From positions 930,001 to 994,000 of the forward strand of contig OZ176053.1 in assembly GCA_964247055.1 (NCBI GenBank): DNA of 64,000 bases, written 5' to 3'. Of this stretch, positions 37,901-51,351 are shown in pieces. Position 1 is the first letter of the stretch. Every line of letters starts with the position of its first letter. This stretch comes from Paragordius varius (lineage: Eukaryota; Animalia; Nematomorpha). The notes beneath the pieces were generated by a model. The model had not been told where the DNA came from. It saw only the letters and a program-made list of their open reading frames with translations, and did no database searches. Position numbers and translations under genes: made by a program.

Positions 37901-40900
37901 AAATACATATAAAAAATTTTTTTTCAAAATTTTCAAAGATCCACTCAAAATTTTCAATGAGCCACTAGTGGCCCGCGAGTACCCTGTTGGACACCCCTGA
38001 TTTAAAGCATATCACAAGTATTTTGAAGATACCTTCATATTAAGTTAATTTTTTATTGTAAACAAAAAAACCACTTCGGCTAAAATAAGGGATTCATCCT
38101 CAAATATTTAACAGATCTAGAAATACGGTTACCATAAATGTAATTTTGTTAAAATAAAAAAAAAATTTAAAAAAATTTAATGCCCTTGCTCACATTTTTA
38201 CGACCAGAAAAAGTCTAACCTCAAACCAGTTTCGGTTCTGAAAATAAATATACAATTATCAAAAAAATTAATTAAAACTAAATAAAGTTACGATTACTTT
38301 TAGGATCATATCTTATCTTTTGGTTTTGACGACATATTTCATCCATTGACAAATCGCGCGTCTAAAAAGGAAATAAGAAATTATCCACCAAAAAGTTACA
38401 ATATATTGTAATAAAATATGGAATTAAACTTTTGGATTCTTGCAGAGTTTGGTTTGGATTCCGTTTCCAATGCAAGGATGTACTCCGTATGTGCTAAAAT
38501 AATAAACATATTCCAATAAAAATTGAATGTATACAGACAAAAATTTAAATGTTAACAACAAACTACTTTATTAAAAAGACAACCCTACTTTTTAAAACCA
38601 TATTTTTTTGAAAAAACTAGAATTAAAAAACATATAATTGATGTCATATTTGATAAAAAGTTGAAAAAGTAGAGCGCTTTTTTGAAAAAATATTTGTCTT
38701 TATAATTTTATGTTATGTCGTATAATTTCATTTTTATAATATACATTTACCAATATAATTACTATTGATATAAAAATGTTACATTTAATACTAATACGCT
38801 GAGACAAAAATATTAGATTAAAATTATTTAAAATAAATATAATTTTGCAAAATATTAGGTCTATAGTAATATAAAGGTTTAGTAATTTACTCTGCTATAC
38901 AATTCCTCGTTCTCTCAGTAATGCCATATTGAGTGTCGCCTTTGCAAGGGGTCCATTCACTCCAATTATCCCAACTAGATTTTAGGTTTCTCAATTGTTT
39001 AAGAGTCATACATTTCCCCTTTACGCAAACCTATTCAAAAAAATGCTAAAAATAAAGAAGACAGAAAATTTATTCTTGAAATGAGAAACCATACTTTTTT
39101 CAAGCTTGATTTTACGTAAATAAACTATTTAATTGGATTAAACCATTTTGAAACACAAAATAAAATAGGATTTTTAACAAATTAAACAAAGAGGTGGCTA
39201 ACCAACAAAAAATTTATATAAACGCATTAAACAAAGGGTATAAATATTATCACCTCAGTCAAACAAACTATTGCAACAAAAAAAATATATTTATAAAGGC
39301 CCAATATTTAATTGCACTGGGATAGAAATCAATGAAAATGATAATATAATTAACAGATGGAAACAATAATCCACAGATCTCTACATTGACTCAAACGTTA
39401 CGCATTCGCCCTAAAACAACTCCCCATACATGAACCACCCAACCTAAAAGTGAGGTCCTCAAGGCAATTAAATTCCTTCCTCACAACAAAGCCTTGGAAT
39501 ATGACGAAATCCCTATAGAAATAGTAAACTACAATCCTATAAAAACACTTGACTTATCAAAAAATATTTCAATCCGGCATCTGGGAAAACAATTGGTCTA
39601 AATCTCTACTTACCGATTCACAAAAAAGGTAATCCTAAAATATGCAGCAAATACTGAACAATTGCGCTTATATCGCAAATCAAAAATATTATATTGTATT
39701 ATAGATTATTATCCAAGTTGAGAATACATCTCACAAAATCAAACTGGTTTTCGGAAGGGAACAGGCTGCAGAGACCATATCTGTAACCTTAGGTTTATCA
39801 TGGAAAAATATATTGAACACAACAAACCTTTTTATCTCTGTTTTATTGATTACACAAAAGACTTTGACAAACTCATTCACAACACACTATGGGAAGTTTT
39901 GGAAAAAATTTGTACAACACCTGGTCTCATTCAAATAACGAAATCTTTATAAAGCAACACTGAGGCATGTATTCAAACAGTACACGGTTCCTCTGATTCG
40001 TTTCCTACAAATAGGGGCGTGCCCGTCAAGGGTGCATCCTTTTACCCCTATTATTCAATATCTACACCGAACATATCACGTCCAAGTTAGATACTCAGAA
40101 TCATATCGGTTTAAAACTACATCCTGGAAAAATTACATCTTGAGAGCCAATCTCATATACTTAAAATTAACGTGGCAAACAAAGTCATATCTAATGACGC
40201 CAGATGCTGAATCAAAATGGTAACACTTTATAGAAACACTAGACAACTATATATATTTAGGAGTCGAAATTAATAATAATAAAAATACAACACCTGAATT
40301 TAAACAAGACCAGCCATAGACAGGGCCAAAAGGAAATCATATATCGCAAGATATGGTCTTCACGAAAAATAACCAAAACTACCAAATAAAAATTTTAAAT
40401 ACAATAATATTCCCAATCGCAACCTATGGATAGGAAAGCTGGGTATACAAAAACTCTGAACAAAAAAATATTCAAGTTTTGAGCAAACCTAATGCTTCTT
40501 GGCAAAAAATGGACGGACAAACTCGCTAATGAATGGATACGCAAATGGAGATTAGGCTACTTATACCACGTCATCTGCAACAACAAATTGGGGACAATCA
40601 TGCTGGGCCTGGTAGAAGGTAAACGTACAAGAGGCAGACCCAGAAAAAAAATGGTCAAAACAATTAACGAATTTCACCCACCTTATAATCTCCAATCTGA
40701 TTAATTAATCCTCAGACAGATCAGCCTACAGAAAATTTATCCATGAAATCCAGCAAAAAGTTGAATATTAACTACGCTGACATTCATTCATTCATGTAGA
40801 AAAAAATGTCTTTTAATTTTTCATTTTGTCCGTATAATTTATATTTACTGATAACTATAACAAACACTCAGTTTTACCCCTTTTGGTTTTTTTTGTGGAT

Positions 40901-43900
40901 CGAGAGACGATGTAGCTATATCACAGGGAACATTGTTGAGATATTCGGGTATAACGCTCCTTCCGCCATCGGATCGCGTGCAATATAAGCGTTCGCATGT
41001 CGTCTAAATCAGTAAAGTATTGTGTCACTTAAAAAAACTAAGGCTTTGCTCCTATAACTTAAAATTTAACAGATTTTCTATATTAATCTTAAAAAATATG
41101 ATTTTTTTCTTTGTAAGTTTCTATAATAAGAATGGCTTATGTAAAAATGGCTAATTTTATGAACTATACTCTTTTTAACTATACATCTTCAATCGTATAT
41201 TATGTATTAAGTAATATTAAAAATTATAAAAGTGCCTTATTTCCAATTTACGAATTAAATCTCCCTATATGAAATTTATTAATTAGCAATTTTAACCAAG
41301 AGAGTCTATTAATATATAATCATATAATCGTAACATAAAAAAGTTATTTAACCATATTCAAATCTATAGTGGCCGGCTGCCCAGATACATCGTTGCACCA
41401 ATTGTTATACTTGTAAATGTTCCATGTAGGAGGTCTCCCAATCGCCGGAATTTTAAAACCTGCTGGCTTGTCTCTAAGACATTTGGCTTGGGGAAAGCTT
41501 TACCATTATACAAGGAACAAATAATTAGTGAACAATAAAAATTAAAATGATAAAGGCCAAACTCTAAAACGTAACGACAATGATTTTTTTAAAAAAATCT
41601 ATACATTTTTTTAAACTTGATTTTTCAAAAATAAACTCATTGTTTTTAATAAAGTATGGAATAGATGTGAATTAATAACATGATGAATATGTTATTAAAT
41701 TTTCTCGTAGAATATAAATGAGATTTAAAAAATGGTTGTCTTCTAATTTACGTTTTGTCTGTTCAAGTTTTACTGCACATATTTAATAAAAATGAGTCTT
41801 TAGGCTTCATCTCCCCACAAATTAAAATTAAAATAAAAAAGCTGTGCAAAAAGAGGTTTAACTTTCGAATATAATTTTAAAGCCTTAAAAAACATTGCGT
41901 CCAAAATCTGGTAATGTTAAAAAATAATTTGATAATACATCCATATATATATATATATATATATATTCGATATGAAAAAGTATCATGATATAATGGTGCT
42001 CTAGCCCTTATGAGTGATATTAGAAAGTGATACATTTTTGTGATAAGTGCTCCATATCAGAAAATGAATAATTTTTTGGGGAAAAGCCATGTGCTTCATT
42101 CGAAATTATTCGCTCTAAAATAGGTTAGTTTTCTTTATATAAACGCAAAAATGCCGAAATAGCAAGATATAAATATAAGCTTTCTGCTAAAAATAAATTT
42201 GAAAATTGAATATTTTCAAAAATTTAATTTTTAGCAAATGGTTGAGAGGCAACGTGAAAACAGTTTAAAAACGCTTAAGATATTATAAAAACATCTTTTC
42301 TATAGATAATGATCCTTAACGTTTCTATAGCTTCAGAATTATAAATTAAAGGTTCGCTTGCCTTAAAATTATAATGATTTTTGTAAAAAAACACATATAT
42401 TTAACAAAGATTTGAAAACGACGTTATATTAATCATTATGATGGATAGAAATGTTTATTATTGAATTATATAGAAAGTCTTTTACATCATTTAAATAGTA
42501 GGAAACATACTTTGCTAAAAATTTAATTCTTTAATGAAGCAATTTTTTAAATATTTTAACGGATACCGACATTTAGTATACATTTAAAATTTATATCCCA
42601 CAATCTGGTCATCTTAGCCTATATTTTTAAAAAATTAGCCCATTATAGGAAAGAGAATTTGGGATTTTTGGACCCACATCTAAAAATTAAATTTTACAAA
42701 TATTATTTTGGTTTTTATATGTAGTTTATGATGTCTTTTAATGATATTTTTTGAAATGCAACATTTAGCTTTTACCAAAAATATTTGATTTAAATAAGTG
42801 CTCAAATTTTGCCATTTTCTGATATGGACCACTTAACACATAGTGTGCGAATAACCAAAACCAATTTGATAATCTTGATACATTTTCTTATCAAAATTTA
42901 TATATTTTATATTATTATTTTAGACATTATTTAAACGCTCTAATCGCGCAAGAATTCAAGCTCAAGAATTTATTACATATATTTGGTGGCCACACTCTCA
43001 AATTTTTTTAAAAATAATTATTTTTATATAACAAAGCGGTGCCAAGTATAAGGTGTTTACTTATTTGTTAAATTCGATTGTTGATTAGATAAATTTATAA
43101 TACAGCTTTTAATTTATTAATAGGTGGTTTGGATAAGATCGTTTGAGAAAGCATTCATGAGCGTGATTGTGACCGATTTCAAATTAACAGTAAAAAAATT
43201 TAACACATGTTCACCTTATGATGCATATAATTAAATTTAATTTAAAATATACCATATGCACTTCAAAAGTGTCCTGGGTTAAGTTGGTCCTTAATTTTTG
43301 AAATTTGATTTAACCATAATTTGTGCATGCATTTTTTTTCTTATTTTTTAACCAACTCTTTTCTTTATTTATTTCTATATTTATTCATTTAAATATAAAA
43401 ATTTCTATTCAACCACTTTTTTGCTTCAAACTAATTTTTTTCCAATTTAACATTATTATTAACTTTTAAATGCTAAAATTGCAAATAATAACCCAGAAAA
43501 CTATTTTTTTATTAAGTGTTAAAATCTTATAAATATCCAAATTATTTTAAAAAATAAAGATATACGGTTTTTCAATGGTTAATGCTTGATTGATTTAAAA
43601 TTTATTTTAAATAATAAAAAATAGGCTAACAATAAAATAGATGAATGATATAGGATTCGATTGATAAAAGTTAAAAACAAAACAAAAAAGTTAAAGGACC
43701 AACTTGAAGTGTTCAAAGACCAACTTAAAGTGTTCAAGGACCAACTTTAAGTGTTTAAAAAACAATGAAATGTTCTAAAACTTGAAGTGTTTAAAAACAC
43801 TATTGAAGTCAAATGGTATATTTATTTTAATAATCAAAACTTTATAAAAAGTAAGTGCTTAACCACATAATCTATGTGGCTGAGTTATATTTACTTCTAA

Positions 43901-46900
43901 TAAGTATTTACCGAAGGTAAGTCCCAATCGATTTGGAACTACACACGGACCATCTATAAATATCAGGAGCTGAGGCACCATAATGCATAATGCCTCCTTT
44001 GTCTTTGCATTCGTTTTCCATATCGTGGGGCGCACCCATTCTAAATGTTATTAAGTAAAATACAGTAAAAAGAAAATATTCAGACAAATCGTAAAATTTT
44101 AAAGATTTTTTTTTCAAAAGACAATCAGATTTTAAAAATATATGGGTGTTTAGGCTTAACTCCTTATTTTTGGCTAGCGAAATATGGAATTTGATTTACA
44201 TTGTTAATACACTGAATTATATAAAATTCAAGTTTTAAATAAATATGTGAAAAAATCAATCTTAAAAAAGTATGGTTTTATTTTCAAAAATAATTCTTTT
44301 AATTTATTGTCGGTATAATTTCATTTCATACTCTAACATTGGTACTCAAACCGCAGCCACGGGTCGTGTGCCGCCCTAAAAGGGCTTTCTATGGCCCTCT
44401 ATTATTATAATTAAATCATTTTATGTATTTATTTTGAATTCAAATATAAAGGCAAATATGTCAAACATTTTATCGGTATTGATAAATATATTTGGCGACT
44501 CTTAAATTATTTTTTAAAGAAGATGATTTATTAAGCCTTACAAATGGCCCAATTCATGTGGTATGGAAATACCGGCATTCAATCTATTGGGATGTATGAT
44601 GGTGCAACTCTCCGTCCCACACATTCTATCAAGTTGTGCCACGCCTTGAAACATAATATTAAATTATTTTGTTTTAATTTTGTTTTTTAGCCAAGTGGAA
44701 ACATAAAAAAGATTATAATAGATAGAGGATTTCATATATATGTGAAAAGATAATATGGCGAGATTTATAAGAATTAAATAATATTTGAGAGGATTTTAAT
44801 AATTTTACGGTGCTATTCAATTTATAAAACTGAGAATAATCTTGTAAAATATAATCTAGCTAACTCTTGTAAACTAACCGTACATAGTTTTTAAACCCAG
44901 AAAATGTGATAACCTCTAAAATAATACATAATCCATTAAATTTTTTTAAAAATTTAGCTCTTACAGATTAGAAGATCACATCTATCTCTTAATTATGTAA
45001 TAGCTTTTAAAATATTTCTTTAAATCAAAAAATAGATAAAGAAAGCGCTAAAATTACCCACAACAGATTCTTGCCGCCATTTACTAGAAATATTATAAAA
45101 TATACATTATTTTTTATGAAAAATCATATAAAAAATATTCAAAGTTTACTCGGATATAAGAATGGATACATCTTCCCCATTTTCCATGCGAGATGGCAAA
45201 GTATGGGCGCAAAATTTGTGTAACTCATCCTTTGTCCGTATCTCTGGTCCGTTCTAACGATATAAAAAGATTTTTGTACACAGAGATAAAACTATATCTA
45301 AGGTAACTTTAGTTAAAATTTAGTTAATTATTTTACATAAGTAGTTCTTCCAACAACGTACAGATATACTTCGGTATCGAGACTAGGGTCATTCAAAACT
45401 TGATTGATCTGTTCACATTAAATATATAAAACATAGAAAAGAGAAGTGACAGATTTGAAATAGAGTTATTTAAGACAAATGTAATATAAGAGTCTAAACT
45501 TAAGAAGAGCTGTCAAATTGGTAACATTGTCAACCATATTTTTTTGGTCCCTTTATTTTTTATAGCGCCAATATAAAGTACAGATTGTAAAACAGTGGTT
45601 GGAGTTTGATTAAATACTTAGCACTATTTTTACAATACCTTGATATAGAAGAATAAAAAATAAGAATCGTCTCAATTAAAATTGTTTAATTGCAAATTAA
45701 GTTTTGGACTTTTACTTTTGCACTTTGTTTATTTTCAGTGTATTTATTTCAAAATTTATTTTTTTAAAAAATATGAGAATAAACGTTATATTCCAACAAT
45801 TTCCAATCGCGATCATCGTAATAATTGCCATCGGTGTATATGCGAGCTTCAATGATTGCTGGAACATCGGCTAAATCTTTTGACAAACGATATAAAAAAT
45901 ATGTTTGTGAAATTTTTTTTAAATTATAAAAACAAATTTAAAAGTACAATTAATTACATTTGATAAACAAAAACGATATCTCTCGTGTCTGTACTGTGAT
46001 TAAAAATTATCTATTTATATTTTTATTAAATACTCTATATATTAAAAGAGCTAAAAATATGTTTTTTATATTTAGATTTCATTTTCATATTTTATCGTTA
46101 TGATTCAATATTTCTAAATTACAAGCTATATATGTTTTGCGGTAGAAATTAAAATACAGATGCAAAAATTAAAAGGCAATATTTTTTCAAAAGGTAAACA
46201 TAATTTTCAAGCCTTGATTTTTACAAGTGTAAAATCTATAATTAGTAACAAAATTTCCAACACAGCTTCCACAAAAATAACCTGATGAAACTTATTACAA
46301 AATGTATCATGATTATTATGGTGCTTTTGGTTTTGGCCCTTACGAGTAATTAGAAAGTTATTTATACTTTTGGGTGAGTGCTCCATATCATACACAGTAT
46401 GAATTTTAATGGTTGCTTATTTCACACTATATAGCCATTTGCTACACAGGAATGTATGGAAAAATAATGGATAAAATTGTTTATTCCACATTTTGTTGTT
46501 ATTCCATACCTTACTGTGTTGCAAATTGACCTACTATAGGGTAAAATAAAAGCAACCATGCAAAACCATATTTTCAAAATATTAATGTGGGCGCAGAAAG
46601 TCCCAATTTTTTTTGTTCGGTTCTTTTGAAATGAAAACAAAAATGCCGTGATTGTAAAATAAATATTTATATACCATTGGCACTTTAAGAGTGTTCTTTA
46701 ACACTTCAAGTTTTGGTCTTTAAAATCTTTAAATTTGGATTTAACAATACATTTCGCATGTATTTTTTATTTTATTTTTTAACTTGTTTCAAACTAAGCT
46801 TTTTTCATTTTAACAAAATTATTAACTTTAAAATGTTTTCAATGAAAAATTGTAAATAATAAACCGAAAAATTTATATTTTTTTAATTACGTGTTAAAAT

Positions 46901-48043
46901 CTTATAAAATAGCAAAATAATTTAAAAAAATTAGTTAAAATATACGGTTTCTCAATGAATAAAAGTGATATTGATTCAAAATTTATGTTAAATAATAGAA
47001 AATAGTTTAATAACGATGAATAGATAAATAATTTACGATTTGATTGATAAAGTTAAAAATAAAACAAAAAAGTCAAAGGACCACTTTAAATTTTCAAGGA
47101 CTAACTTGAAAAGTTCAAGGGCCAAACAAGGACCAAAGAGTTCAAGGACCAAGAAGTGTTCAAAGACTAATTTGAAATGTTGGACACTCTTTAATTGCAA
47201 GTGGTATATGCTAATTTTTTTTATCCACTAAAAGTATTTTTTAAAAACTGCATATTTCAAAAATTTAATTTTTAGCCAAATTATGTTTAAGCATACTTCA
47301 AACTATTTTGACGCTTATGAAAACGGTATAAAAACACACTTAATCCATACGATGGTGCTAAACATTCCTATTACCTCAGAATTTTTAAAAAGATCATTGG
47401 TCTTCAAATTTATGTTAAATAAAAATTCTGTTTTTTCTAAAAATGCACCAAAATTTTTAGGCAAAAGATTTAGATTACCACACGAATTCAGCATAAAAAA
47501 TTATATATAAAAAGTGGTCTTAAAGTGTTTTTATACCGGTACATCATGCCTCAAAATAGTTTGAAGTACACTTGAAAGTTGAAAAAGTATATTATTTAGT
47601 AAAAATAGTTTTAGTTAATATGAAAATTTGGCATATATTTAAAATTTTTATCGCACGATCCCGGCATTTTTTGCGTTTATTTAAAAAGAACTGGGACTTT
47701 CAGCGCCTACATCATTTAATTTTTTTGAAAATATGGTTTTGCTTTTAATTGTAGTTTATATAATATTTAAATCGTATTTTTTGGAATGAAGCCCCTAGCT
47801 TTCACCAAAAAATTTAGTTTAAAAATGTGTGCATATTTTGTTTCTCATAATATCCGATTTCGGACGCAATGTAATGAATTATATATAAAAAAACAGGTTA
47901 AAAAAGTTGTTTTTTAAAAAAATTGTTTTTAGAATTTTAATTTTGTCTGTAATATTTACTCTAAATATTAATATACCTGGCGTGGTTCCTACTACCCCAA
48001 AAATAAAAAGGTAAAGAATAGCAGTAGTAGCAATTAAATTCAT
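31991..48043 (-). CDS. ADAMTS-like secreted metalloprotease (M12B), 17 exons, 559 aa: signal peptide-catalytic-disintegrin-like-TSP1-Cys-rich-spacer, no prodomain
   Basis: Manual GT-AG, phase-consistent exons: 48043-47977, 45870-45785, 45408-45337, 45253-45150, 45083-45058, 44644-44542, 44040-43912, 41497-41353, 41003-40878, 39030-38891, 38493-38430, 38361-38298, 35073-34946, 34109-33980, 33292-33182, 32249-32131, 32056-31991 (1680 nt). Motifs: HELGHLMGAPHD, Met-turn GIM, WDNWSEWTPC..RTRNC, GCD..DGCGVCGG..TC, spacer LLTKPLKIGV..PVTVRY. Confidence 0.88.
35293..37999 (-). mobile_element. Full-length decayed hAT DNA transposon (SPIN/Charlie, GTF2IRD2-like transposase pseudogene ~35700-37330) in ADAMTS intron 12
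   Basis: 14-bp TIRs CAGGGGTGTTCAAC / GTTGGACACCCCTG and 8-bp TSD ATTTAAAG (35285-92, 38000-07). Minus frames CLIC..YNFKRH, ASYIVANLIAKKIKPYSDGEFVKEC, SLSRNT, FSLSFDESTD, TTDGAPAM, HCMIHRE, NVRWRSRG, with stops and frameshifts. Confidence 0.93.
37350..37760. repeat. ~88-bp minisatellite (~5 copies) in the hAT subterminal region
   Basis: TGAAAGCTAAATAAATT-type motif recurs at ~37358, 37444, 37533, 37620 and 37707. Confidence 0.85.
39161..40795 (+). mobile_element. 5'-truncated decayed RTE-clade LINE in ADAMTS intron 9 (antisense to the host gene)
   Basis: Frames LPIHKKGNPKICSKY, QTGFRKGTGCRDHICNLRFIMEKY..FIDYTKDFD, GVRQGCIL.PLLFNIY, MLGLVEGKRTRGRPR. (CATT)n 3' tail at 40781-40795. Confidence 0.9.
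41990..42860. mobile_element. TIR element family with AGTGCTCCATATC termini (other members 46318-46560 and 52260-53120)
   Basis: Inverted GTG(C/G)TCCATATC(A)GAAAATG ends. A ~80-bp terminal sequence GTGCTTTT..GGCCCTTA.GAGT is shared among copies. Confidence 0.6.
43240..43830. repeat. Dispersed ~550-bp repeat with a ~21-bp AAGGACCAACTT..AAGTGTTC internal array (second copy ~46670-47210)
   Basis: Colinear similarity between two ADAMTS introns. Confidence 0.65.
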
Positions 48044-49399
48044 GATAAGTTTAGAGGCAATAAAAATAATTAATTAAGATTTTTATACTAAAATTATATT
48101 AATTATTACTTCCTTATATACGATGGGATATATATATATATATTCTGATTATATAAAAATCTTAAATTTATTTAATATTAGTGTACTTTTAGAACAAAAG
48201 CTGAATAAATAAGAATCAATTCCCTATAATTTAATTTACGAGAGTAAGCATGAATCATTAAAATTATAAGACATCAATTTTAGCACCTGCACTGGTGAGT
48301 AAATTTGAGACTAAAATAGAATTTATTATATGTACCCAATGTTTTTTTATATGTAACATTCTGAGAATTTTCCCTATTATGCACATTTATAATTTATTTT
48401 GTCGTCTGGAATTCTCATATGAATCACTTGGAAAAATTTGTAATATGTTTTATTTGAAAAAATTGGCACCTGTAAATTTATTTTATAACTGAGTGTTGTT
48501 AATTAATAAAGCTGTGTATATACAATATATAAAATATAATCTATTTTAAGCGATAGGACAAGATTTTAACATAAATAATATGGAATAGTGAAAGCAGGAT
48601 TGGCACCCACACATAATTGGTATGTCTCATCAACAAAAAGAAGAGACTAATATATAATATCTCCATAGACAGAAAATAATTTGGTAACTTAACTTTGTAA
48701 ACTTAAATAGTATATTTATTATTTAAAAATTTAATAACCCCTTTCTTATATTAGGTACTCCTAGTATTCTTATTGATCGATATATTTTTTTTTCCATAAA
48801 GAAAATATTTTTTTAGTAGAAATGATAAATGCTGAGGTTAATCTTATTTAGTTCCCTTTCAAACTTTGGATGTTTTAGCCCCCAATATTGTGATGAAAAT
48901 GCTTTTATAATCCAGGTATAATAGTTTAATTTAATACGTTTCTATCATTTATTTTAGCTGATAAATCAGAAAATGATGGTGATTGAGATTTTTAGGATTA
49001 TCTTAATTTCCTAGTAATTTTTCGGGATCCTATGACAATTCCTTATTCTAAATTATGATCACCATGAACGCACACCGCATCGTATATTAATATTAGAATC
49101 ATCAAATTTACCTGCCATAATATCAATATGTTAATTTCACTCATAATCATAAAATACATTATATTATGAATGCAATCTTTAAATTTTATAGTGACATAAG
49201 GCGGTTGTTAAAATATACATAGTTGGATTTTGATAAATAAAATGTCAAAATAAAACCGCAACATGCATGTTAACTAATTTAATATATATAGTTATCGATG
49301 TAAAACCAAAAAATAATTTTCTTAAAAATTATAAAAACCGCAGACCATAGTATTTTTTACCTGTAATCAATGTATCAAATTACAGTAATTAAAAACAAT

Positions 49400-51301
49400 T
49401 ATCAAGGTTGAACAAAAATTTAAATATTTATAAAATCCCAATTTCTACCTCTATTTATTAAAATGTCCAAAATATGTAAATAATTACAATTAACAATGAA
49501 TAAAAATAACAAAAAAAATTAAAAATTTCACTAAAATTCATAAAAACAATTTTTAAATAAAAAATAAAAAATTTTATAAAAAAAACCGCAATTTTTACCG
49601 GATTTATTAAAATATCCAAAATATGTAATAAAGAATTACGACTAACAATGTTAAATAAAAAAACAAAAAATAATTAAAAATATTACTAAAATTTATAAAA
49701 ACCGCAATTTTTACCTGTAATTATTAAAATATCCAAATGTAATAAGTAACTACAATTAACAATGGTAAAAAAATAACAAAAAAATTAAAAATTTTAGTAA
49801 ATTTATAAAACCGCAATTAGTACCGTATTAAAAAAATAGTATTAATTAACAATGCAAAACCTAAAAAACAAAATAATCCAAAATCTACATTAATTTTTAC
49901 AAACCTATATATATTTACCAGTGTATTTTTTGATTGGTAATAATAACTATATAAAATAATATAAATACAAATTTTCCATAATACAGGTATTTATCGTGTG
50001 AAAAATATTAATTATTAAATTTAATTATAACCCACAAAATTTCGCATCTAAATACGTATAAACAATAAATTGAAATGTACTCAAAATTTAGTATTAATAA
50101 ATATCCATCAAATAGGGCCTATGTTAATTCTCACATCAATCCTCATTCATATGTGCAGTACGAAATTATTTTGTGGAGCAGTATGTTAGGCATATGATAA
50201 ACCATTTCTTTTATTTGACTGGCAATAATTTACTTACAGTCATGTAGACTTTATTTTACATTATAAATTTACTTTTATTCGTTAAATGGGTATAAATATT
50301 TGGTAAAGAATAGAAAAACAAGAGCTCTATCGTATTAACCATATCATATCCATTAAAAGAGTAAAAGAAACGTGGTGGAATGGCGTCGGAAATCTTTGGT
50401 AAAAAATGAAAATTTTAAAATATTGTTAAAGGGGAATGGTAATATTTTTGTTAATTTTTTAGCAAAATTCTATTACAATTTTTTCGAAATTTTTTTTATT
50501 TTAACCAAATAAATAAACCACGTAAATATTAATTTTTATATATAGGTAAAAAAATATTTATTATTATTTATTTAATAGATATCACAATGAATAAAACAAA
50601 CATTATAACGGACAAAATATAATTATTAATGGAAAACAGGAAATTAATATTGATTATATAGCGTTCATAAAAAAAATATTATCAAACTGAATGCGTTTCA
50701 TCCTAAACTGCTTTATTTTGGGAAATTTAAAAAACAATCATATGAATATACCAGTTTACCACTATTTAACCCTATTGAATGTTTTTCCATGATAACTATT
50801 TTAAAAAGGCATGATATATTTAAGAATTATTTTCATATCATACTGTGCGATCAAAGAAAAACGAAATCGTTTCTGATATTACAATAAATAATGGTTAAAA
50901 TTTCATTCTTCAACCTTAGTTTTTAAAGCAACATCAATTAAAATTCTTTTTGTAAAATCATATTAATTTTGAAGATAGCATCTATCGTGAATATCCCTTT
51001 TAAAATCGTTCCCATATTAAAACAAAAAATAATTATAATTGAGATAAAAATTACGATTTTCCCAACTTTTTTATAAAATAATTTTAAGTGAAGGGTTAGT
51101 TGTTAGTGTATTTTCATTACCAAAGATTTCCGACGCCCTTCCCCCATACTTCTTTTACTCTTTTAATGAATATGATATGTAATACCATAGAGCTCTTGTT
51201 TTTCCATTCTTACCAAATATTTTTACCCATTTAACGAGAAAAAGTAAATTTCTGATAAAATAAAGGATCCACGATTGTAACTCACATTAAAATGCATACT
51301 G
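49400..51301. mobile_element. Inverted, left-truncated copy of the 58390-59691 TIR element, carrying a nested Tc1-type MITE
   Basis: ~75-bp AAAACCGCAATTTTT sub-repeats and right end ATGCATACTG|TA. Confidence 0.65.
50237..51277. mobile_element. Tc1/mariner-type element, ~170-bp TIRs, TA TSD
   Basis: TA|CAGTCATGTAG ... GGATCCACGATTG|TA. The empty-site sequence is seen at ~59655-59690. Confidence 0.7.
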
Positions 51302-51351
51302 TAGATTATATGGGAGGTTTTCCTATTATTTAATTACTCAAAATTTTATTA

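Larger units (their letters stand above)
23700..39160 (+). repeat. Segmental duplication, copy 2
   Basis: Colinear with 3365-15050 apart from a Tc1 MITE insertion and a 2946-bp segment missing from copy 1. Confidence 0.95.
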
